Shown piece after piece: positions 36,883 to 42,367 of a DNA stretch of 64,000 nucleotides. Made by a program: the position numbers and the translations under genes. The notes under the pieces were generated by a model. It saw nothing but the letters and a program-made list of their open reading frames with translations. It ran no database searches and was not told the origin of the DNA. This stretch comes from Alphaproteobacteria bacterium. GTDB taxonomy: Bacteria; Pseudomonadota; Alphaproteobacteria; Rs-D84. The stretch covers positions 64,626 to 128,625 of the forward strand of contig JAFURB010000007.1 in assembly GCA_017472065.1 (NCBI GenBank). The letters are read 5' to 3'. The stretch's first letter is position 1; each line of letters opens with the position of its first letter.

Positions 36883-37238
36883 CCCATTGTCATCGCGAGG
36901 GTGTGAAACACCCGTGGCGATCCAGTAAATAGAAACAAATAGGAATACATAAAACTGGATTGCCGCGCCTGCGCTTTGCTTGGCTCGCAATGACAACTCG
37001 TCGCCAAGGCTTTGGGTTGCAGGCAAACCCGTCGCCAAGGTTTTGGGGTGTGGGCAAGAGCCACGGTGGGGCTAGCCCCATTGTCATCGCGAGGGTGTGA
37101 AACACCCGTGGCGATCCAGTAAATAGAAACAAATAGGAATATATAAGACTGGATTGCCACGCCTGCGCTTTGCTTGGCTCGCAATGACAACCCGTCGCGC
37201 TGTCGCTGCGCCGCGACAAGAACCACGGGATGACAACA
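36883..37238. repeat. cluster of palindromic repeat elements: about 115-nt composite element present twice (36883-36997, 37077-37191; period 194 nt)
   Basis: cccattgtcatcgcgagggtgtgaaacacccgtggcgatccagtaaatagaaacaaataggaata[c/t]ataa[a/g]actggattgcc[g/a]cgcctgcgctttgcttggctcgcaatgacaac occurs twice. A further motif ccacgggatgacaac at 37224-37238 recurs at 39174-39188. Confidence 0.9.
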
Positions 37239-37274
37239 GTATTAATCTCTTAACTGCCCAAAAAAACTAAACAA

Positions 37275-37303
37275 TTGCGAAATTGGAAATAATCAGTTAT
37301 AAT
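37275..37303 (+). promoter_or_regulatory. sigma70-like promoter (TTGCGA-17-TATAAT)
   Basis: ttgcga at 37275-37280, a 17-nt spacer, then tataat at 37298-37303. Confidence 0.5.
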
Positions 37304-37308
37304 ATGCA

Positions 37309-37546
37309 TGTCATGACCGATGGTCATGATGGGGTGTGGAAACCCGTACAATACGCGTCTGTGGAACGAAAACCATGAAATGGCGCGCCAAATGGCGTGT
37401 TTTTCATGCAATGTTTCGCAGATGAAAAATATGAAAAAACTCCTGACTGGTGTCAGGAGGGCTTGCGAATATATTGAATAAGCAGCACAATTCGTATTGA
37501 TTGTTTCCAACCTCCTGACCACTCGAAATAAATTCGGTGGTTTTTT
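37309..37546 (+). ncRNA. candidate structured RNA (sRNA or terminator-containing leader), copy 2, upstream of the DGR target gene
   Basis: Hairpin tcatgacc-gat-ggtcatga lies at about 37311-37329 and a GGAAACCC box at 37338-37345. A perfect hairpin ctcctgac-tggt-gtcaggag lies at 37440-37459. A second copy cctcctgac at 37511-37519 abuts the terminator ccactcgaa..ttcggtgg + T6 (37519-37546). Confidence 0.4.
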
Positions 37547-37680
37547 ATGTAAACATCCGGGGGGAACATGTTTGGAACGAATAATCGCAGTAATGGAATA
37601 ATCGACCGATGTCGCCGTGTGCGTCATGGGTCGATTATTTTTATTACAACCAAACACAGCACAAAGGAAGGAAAACAACA

Positions 37681-39015
37681 ATGACACGAAAAATATTTTT
37701 AACATCCGTTATTGCGATGGGGATTGTGTGCGGTGCCGGTGCGGCACGTGCCGAATCGTTTCCATCCAGCGGATATATGCAAGAAAACAAGACATACGAA
37801 TCGGCGGCGACATATAAAAACACGGGTGTGTACGATGGCGAAGTGTCTGCGACGGCGGAATATACCGACACAATGTACCAGATTGCGGCGGGAACATATC
37901 TGCCCGCGGCCAGCGAAGGTGTAACCGAATCTTGTCCCGCCAACAGTTATTGCCCCGGGGCCAGCAATGTTACATATAATGCGACCGCGGCCCAGGGATT
38001 AACATCATGTCCATCATCGTATCCAAATTCATCCACGGGGGCCAGCAAGCAAACCCAATGCTATACCGCGTGTACATTGTCGGTTGCGAACATCGCGCAT
38101 GCGACGGCGGTAACCGGTAACGATTATTATGGCACCGGCACAGATACATGTGCGGCAACCGCATGTGAAAACGGATATCATGTATTAAATGAAATTGGTG
38201 TTATGGATACGACACCATTGATATCGGTTGATTACACCGAATCGGGTGATGGATATGCATATATTAGTGCCAGTGGCAATGCCAGCAACAGTAATTTATC
38301 GGATGCGGGCCTGACCGAAAATAACACATGGGCGTCGCATTTTGACTATGGCACGGTTTATGGCCATGCCAGTTGCCAGCCAACAGATAGCACAGGTTTG
38401 ATGGAGGCATTTAATGGTATGCAGTCTGTTATGAATGGTGATGTAACAGCCGAAGAATACGAATCGCAAATGACGGACATCATTGGTGCGGCCAAGGCCG
38501 CGTATATGGCGGATTTAGCGACGGGCATGATGGATGGGTCAAAAACCGAATACGATATGTACGAGGCGATGTTTATCATCCTGGGCCAGGATTATGACGC
38601 AGATTATGACACAAGCAGCACGGGCCAGTATTGCTGGTGCCAGATGACGGGCTATAAACCAACCGATGGTGAGCAAAGTTCAGTCGCGGCCGCCCCGTGG
38701 GTGTCCGGCAGCGACTTCGGCTCGGCGGACTATTGCGCGTCCTACTGTGCGGGCGACTGTGCGAACTACCTGCGGAACGATCGCGATGTCTCTCGCGCAT
38801 TCCGCGCTGCGGTGTTCGGGTCGCGTGGCGCCTTGGCGGCTGGCACATGCGAGGCTAATGAAATTAGCATCACATGGACAGACGCCGCGCCAGAGGACGT
38901 TGCCGCGAATAACGCCGGCATGTGTACATACGGCGGTGATATCCGCACACCGGTCAAGGCAGCAACCATCCCAGGTAAGACGTTCAAGGGATGGAAGTTC
39001 GTCAAGGTGAATTAA
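37681..39015 (+). CDS. DGR target (variable) protein: secreted Cys-rich protein carrying the VR
   Basis: The start is at MTRKIFLTSVIAMGIVCGAGAARA (a signal peptide) with an aggaagga SD. It is 444 aa and the VR occupies codons 335-383. The C-terminal tail ...IPGKTFKGWKF resembles a Listeria-Bacteroides repeat (Flg_new) ending. Confidence 0.85.
   Translation: MTRKIFLTSVIAMGIVCGAGAARAESFPSSGYMQENKTYESAATYKNTGVYDGEVSATAEYTDTMYQIAAGTYLPAASEGVTESCPANSYCPGASNVTYNATAAQGLTSCPSSYPNSSTGASKQTQCYTACTLSVANIAHATAVTGNDYYGTGTDTCAATACENGYHVLNEIGVMDTTPLISVDYTESGDGYAYISASGNASNSNLSDAGLTENNTWASHFDYGTVYGHASCQPTDSTGLMEAFNGMQSVMNGDVTAEEYESQMTDIIGAAKAAYMADLATGMMDGSKTEYDMYEAMFIILGQDYDADYDTSSTGQYCWCQMTGYKPTDGEQSSVAAAPWVSGSDFGSADYCASYCAGDCANYLRNDRDVSRAFRAAVFGSRGALAAGTCEANEISITWTDAAPEDVAANNAGMCTYGGDIRTPVKAATIPGKTFKGWKFVKVN
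38683..38829 (+). repeat. DGR variable repeat (VR)
   Basis: It aligns without gaps to 40052-40198 (offset 1369). It encodes VAAAPWVSGSDFGSADYCASYCAGDCANYLRNDRDVSRAFRAAVFGSRG. The identical flanks are 22 nt at the 5' end and 30 nt at the GC-rich 3' end (IMH-like). Confidence 0.9.
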
Positions 39016-39024
39016 TATCACCGT

Positions 39025-39047
39025 CCCCGCCCCCCCCGGGGGCGGGG
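39025..39047 (+). terminator. 10-bp all-GC hairpin just after the target gene stop
   Basis: ccccgccccc-ccc-gggggcgggg, with no T-run. Confidence 0.4.
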
Positions 39048-39049
39048 GC

Positions 39050-39323
39050 CAGCCCATTGTCATTCCGTGGCCTGACCCCGGAATCCAGGTGTATGCAAAT
39101 AAAAAGGCAAACATGACCTGGGTCCCGGTGTCAAGCACCGGGATGACAAAAAAGATAGGTCGCGGTGGGAAAACCACGGGATGACAACCCGCCATTGTCA
39201 TCGCGAGGGTGTGAAACACCCGTGGCGATCCAGTAAATAGAAACAAATAGGAATACATAAAACTGGATTGCCACCATACTACGCTAAAGCTTCGTGTGGC
39301 AGGCGCTGCGCCTCGCAATGACA
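39050..39323. repeat. cluster of palindromic repeat elements downstream of the DGR target gene
   Basis: A variant palindrome is present (cattgtcattccgtggcctgaccccggaatccagg ... cctgggtcccggtgtcaagcaccgggatgaca). It is followed by ccacgggatgacaac and a third copy of the 36883-type element (39192-39323). Confidence 0.85.
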
Positions 39324-39360
39324 AAAGGAAAGAGATAGTAAATAAAACAAAAGGTTCGTT

Positions 39361-39951
39361 TTGGGTAAACGGTATGTGTTTTTAATGACTGTGATTCCTT
39401 TTTCCACGAATTGTTTCGCGGATACGGCATTAGATATCTTGATGCCGGGCGCAGTCGTACAAAATGCATGTGTGTTCCAAAATACCGGCGTGTATGCAGA
39501 TTCATTTACAATGGTGCCTGTGTACGAAGATACGGTGTTTACATGTGAACGCGGATACTATTTGCCAAAAGAATCTGAAACATGTGCGTTGTGTCTGGGT
39601 GATGCATGGTGCCCCGGTGGGGAATATGTTTATTCGGTCGATATGGACAGTGGAATAAATGTTTGCCCGCCCGGAACATACGCACCAATTGGCATGTGGG
39701 AATCGGCACAGTGTGGACGAAGATTCTTTGTCGGGGATGCGTTTTTATACCTGCGCGTGGGAAAAACAACGGCACCCGCACTGCATTTCGATTTCGATGG
39801 TGATGGCACCGCAGATATGTTCGCCAATATGACAACGGCGGACGTGCCAATGAACATGGATACCGAACGTAAATTGAAAATACGTATCGGTGATGTGGTT
39901 TATTCGGTATATGACGATACCGTCACAATACCAAAAACATCAGGGGAATAA
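39361..39951 (+). CDS. secreted Cys-rich protein, N-terminal paralogue of the DGR target (no VR)
   Basis: 196 aa with a TTG start and a signal peptide. NTGVYADSFTMVPVYEDTVFTCERGYYLPKESETCALCLGDAWCPGG aligns to target NTGVYDGEVSATAEYTDTMYQIAAGTYLPAASEGVTESCPANSYCPGA. Confidence 0.65.
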   Translation: MGKRYVFLMTVIPFSTNCFADTALDILMPGAVVQNACVFQNTGVYADSFTMVPVYEDTVFTCERGYYLPKESETCALCLGDAWCPGGEYVYSVDMDSGINVCPPGTYAPIGMWESAQCGRRFFVGDAFLYLRVGKTTAPALHFDFDGDGTADMFANMTTADVPMNMDTERKLKIRIGDVVYSVYDDTVTIPKTSGE

Positions 39952-40051
39952 TCATGTTATTGTGTATATACCCGTTGATGTTAAATCAGGTTCCCGACAT
40001 GAAAATCGGGAATAGGTTGCATTGCCGTTTTTGCGGTTGGTTCGTCGTGTG

Positions 40052-40198
40052 GTCGCGGCCGCCCCGTGGGTGTTCAACAACGACAACGGATCGGCGGACA
40101 ATTGCGCGTCCAACTGTGCGAACAACTGTGCGAACAACCTGCAGAACGATAACGATGACAATCGCGCTTTCCGCGCTGCGGTGTTCGGGTCGCGTGGC
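40052..40198 (+). repeat. DGR template repeat (TR), non-coding
   Basis: It has 31 adenines, all within 40076-40161. In the VR reading frame it holds 10 AAC and 2 AAT codons. It lies in the gap between gene 39361-39951 and the accessory ORF. Confidence 0.9.
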
Positions 40199-40448
40199 TC
40201 CTGGGGACAAAAGTTTTGCTAACCTGTGGGACAAAGTGTACAAACACTTTTCAGATGTGAAAAAATCATCTGGTTTCGAATTGTGCCGTTTTTGTATCCA
40301 AGGCGGGGCGGTGTAACCTGTTTGGACGTGATGAAAAAAAGTCATGTCCCTACGAATACATTACGCAGGGAACATCTGGGTTGGTAACCAATTGTGGCGA
40401 AGACCCGGGATGTTCAATCGTTAAATATTAAAAACAAGAGATTGTACA

Positions 40449-40775
40449 ATGACAATTGATGAAATCAGTCATCTGGATGTCGATGGGGTCCGATGCTTTG
40501 CAGATATGGCACGCGATAAATTACCATTGCCGGGAACAAAAAAAAGACTGGAAGAAATCTTGAATAAAAAAATAGTCGTGCTGGATTTCCGTATCACAAA
40601 ATCTAATAAACGCGAAAATTCAGATTGCCTGCAAATTCAATTCTTGTGCGATGGGGATGTTCATGTCTTGTTCACAGGCAGCGGCGTTTTAATCGACCAA
40701 ATCCAGGCAATCAAAGATAAATTGCCATTGAAAACAGTCGTCGTGAAAATCGATAAATATTATTCCTTCTCGTGA
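40449..40775 (+). CDS. DGR-associated small accessory protein, not recognisably Avd-like
   Basis: 108-aa ORF located 10 nt upstream of the RT gene on the same strand. The sequence looks beta-rich (KKIVVLDFRITKS...CLQIQFLCDGDVHVLFTGSGVLIDQI) rather than the helical basic Avd pattern. Confidence 0.6.
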   Translation: MTIDEISHLDVDGVRCFADMARDKLPLPGTKKRLEEILNKKIVVLDFRITKSNKRENSDCLQIQFLCDGDVHVLFTGSGVLIDQIQAIKDKLPLKTVVVKIDKYYSFS

Positions 40776-40785
40776 TAAAAAAAAT

Positions 40786-41814
40786 ATGAAACGGTACAAA
40801 AATCTTTGGGATGATTTTATTTCTATGGACAATTTGGAATTGGCCGCAAAAAAAGCTGTGCAATCCAAAAAGTCTAAACGCGCAACTAAATTCTTTTTGA
40901 AACATAAAAAAAAGTTACTGAATAAACTGCAACGGCAATTGCAAAACGGAACATTTTATACATCGCAATACAAAATTAGAAAAATTTTCGAACCAAAAGA
41001 AAGACTGATTTATATATTGCCACTGTATCCAGACCATGTGTTGCACCATGCGTTGATAAATATTTTGGGACCAATTTGGCAAAGCGCATTCGTGCGCGAT
41101 TCGTATGCGTGTATCCCAGGCAAAGGACTGCACAAGGCATCCGGCACAATCATGCGATTTGTTCGACGAAATAAATATGTGTTGCAATGCGATATCAAAA
41201 AATTCTATCCGTCAATTAATCACAATGTTATGTTCAATATTATAAAAAGAAAAATCGGTGATAAAAAATTACTGGCGGTGTTGTGGGATATTATAAAATC
41301 GTGCGGGGATGAAAAAAATCTGCCAATCGGAAACCTGACCAGTCAATGGATGGGTAATGTTTATCTGAACGAATTAGACCATTTCGTCAAAGAAAATCTG
41401 CGATGTCGGGATTATATTCGGTACTGTGATGATTTCTGTCTGTTCGCAGATGATAAAAAAATTCTGTGGGAATATAAACAAAAAATCGATGAATTCGTGC
41501 GCGATAAATTAAAATTGGAATTTTCTAAGTCTTCAATTTATCCAGTGGCGCGTGGGGTGAACTTTATCGGGTATCGACATTTCAAAAAATTTATAATGCT
41601 GCGAAAATATGGCGCAAAAAAGTTGCGGCGACGCATCGAAAATATCGCAAATCATGATGATGTGTCTGATTTGGCGGTGGGGCAATTGGCCGCGTATCAC
41701 GGGTGGATTAAATGGTGTTGCAGTTATAATTTCTTGAAAAATCTGTGTCGGCGCGCGTGGCGAATTTCAAATGATTCAGGCCTGTTTATTTGGAACGGGA
41801 TGGCGTTTAGTTAA
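40786..41814 (+). CDS. DGR-type reverse transcriptase
   Basis: 342 aa. Motifs present are NLWDDF...NLELAAKKA, EPKERLIYILPLYPDHVLHHAL, DSYACIPGKGLHKA, CDIKKFYPSINH, LPIGNLTSQWMGNVYLNELDHF (the DGR hallmark [IL]GxxxSQ), YIRYCDDFCLF (YxDD) and GVNFIGY. Confidence 0.92.
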   Translation: MKRYKNLWDDFISMDNLELAAKKAVQSKKSKRATKFFLKHKKKLLNKLQRQLQNGTFYTSQYKIRKIFEPKERLIYILPLYPDHVLHHALINILGPIWQSAFVRDSYACIPGKGLHKASGTIMRFVRRNKYVLQCDIKKFYPSINHNVMFNIIKRKIGDKKLLAVLWDIIKSCGDEKNLPIGNLTSQWMGNVYLNELDHFVKENLRCRDYIRYCDDFCLFADDKKILWEYKQKIDEFVRDKLKLEFSKSSIYPVARGVNFIGYRHFKKFIMLRKYGAKKLRRRIENIANHDDVSDLAVGQLAAYHGWIKWCCSYNFLKNLCRRAWRISNDSGLFIWNGMAFS

Positions 41815-41815
41815 A

Positions 41816-41910
41816 TATCAACTGGGTGGCCGCGTTTTTTGCGTACGCACATTTTAACTGCGTTCCACTTTCTTTGAAGTGTTGTACGCGGCGCGGCCCC
41901 CCAGTTGATA
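41816..41910. repeat. 19-nt inverted repeat pair separated by 57 nt, immediately 3' of the RT gene
   Basis: tatcaactgggtggccgcg (41816-41834) faces cgcggccccccagttgata (41892-41910), with one mismatch. Confidence 0.6.
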
Positions 41911-41933
41911 AAAAAATCCCCCACACGGGGGAT
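41909..41933 (-). terminator. intrinsic terminator of dksA (may also stop RT transcription)
   Basis: The minus strand reads aatcccccgtgtgggggattttttt. Confidence 0.75.
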
Positions 41934-41935
41934 TG

Positions 41936-42367
41936 TTATTTCTTGCGGGCTTCGTATTCTTCTTGTTCTTCGACCGTCATGGTCGCCAATGGGCGTGCCA
42001 TCATCCGTTTAAGACCAATTTCATCGCCGGATACAACACTGAAACCATATGTGCCGTTTTCAATGCGGGCCAGGGCGGCATTAACCTTTTGTAATAATTT
42101 ATTGCTGCGTTCAGACATACGCAGGTCCATGGTGATATCTTGGTTATACGATGCGTTGTCCGATTCGTCACCGGCACCGGCGGCCTCGGTCTTGTCGGCC
42201 ATGCGGACCGCGTTTAATACTTCGTCGCGTTCGCTAAGCAGTTCTTCGCGTTGGTTGTTCAAGATGTTATAGAAGTATGCCAACTGTTCCGCGCACATAT
42301 ATGGTTCAGACAGTTTTGGCTTGTACTTTGATGACAGTTCAATTGTCTTGTAATTAGCTGTTGCCAT
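41936..42367 (-). CDS. dksA: RNA polymerase-binding factor DksA (no Cys4 zinc finger)
   Basis: 143 aa with a coiled coil carrying the DxxDxA tip (DESDNA). The C-terminal ENGTYGFSVVSGDEIGLKRMMARPLATMTVEEQE is homologous to the DksA zinc-finger region but contains no Cys. Confidence 0.8.
   Translation of the reverse strand: MATANYKTIELSSKYKPKLSEPYMCAEQLAYFYNILNNQREELLSERDEVLNAVRMADKTEAAGAGDESDNASYNQDITMDLRMSERSNKLLQKVNAALARIENGTYGFSVVSGDEIGLKRMMARPLATMTVEEQEEYEARKK

Larger units (their letters stand above)
37681..41814 (+). mobile_element. diversity-generating retroelement (target gene with VR, paralogous gene, TR, accessory ORF, reverse transcriptase)
   Basis: A 147-nt VR/TR pair shows adenine-specific mismatches (18 of 20 at TR adenines). 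A DGR-type RT lies downstream and all components are on the + strand. Confidence 0.9.

Noticed and set aside
36738-37226. 162-aa and 109-aa minus-strand ORFs covering the repeat cluster.
   Set aside because: Their sequence is internally duplicated because it is read from the duplicated repeat element (peptides such as SSLFTGSPRVFHTLAMTM). This is typical translation of palindromic repeats, not of genes.
37250-37705. 151-aa minus-strand ORF between the repeat cluster and the DGR target gene.
   Set aside because: It overlaps a plus-strand promoter, hairpins and a terminator, as well as the start of the target gene. No RBS or recognisable motif is present.
36883-39323. The repeat clusters considered as a possible CRISPR array.
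   Set aside because: The units are palindromic and occur in both orientations. The 'spacers' are themselves repeated (identical AT-rich cores). Unit spacing is irregular, and no cas genes are present.
38680-39324. 214-aa minus-strand ORF, plus other alternative-frame ORFs (38666-39010 +, 38576-38848 -, 38766-39005 -), across the VR region and downstream repeats.
   Set aside because: They lie antisense or out of frame to a well-supported secreted-protein CDS in a locally GC-rich stretch. They then run into the palindromic repeats. Open frames of this kind are expected by chance in GC-rich sequence.
39954-40316. 120-aa ORF (and the overlapping 66-aa ORF 40022-40222) spanning the TR. It translates to an Asn-rich peptide that resembles the VR peptide.
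   Set aside because: The similarity to the target protein exists only because the TR is a copy of the VR. The ORF has no RBS. Its N-terminal part is in the intergenic gap right after the previous stop. DGR templates are non-coding RNAs.
41826-42272. 148-aa plus-strand ORF opposite dksA.
   Set aside because: dksA on the minus strand has clear family motifs and its own terminator. The plus-strand ORF starts inside the inverted repeat and terminator region.
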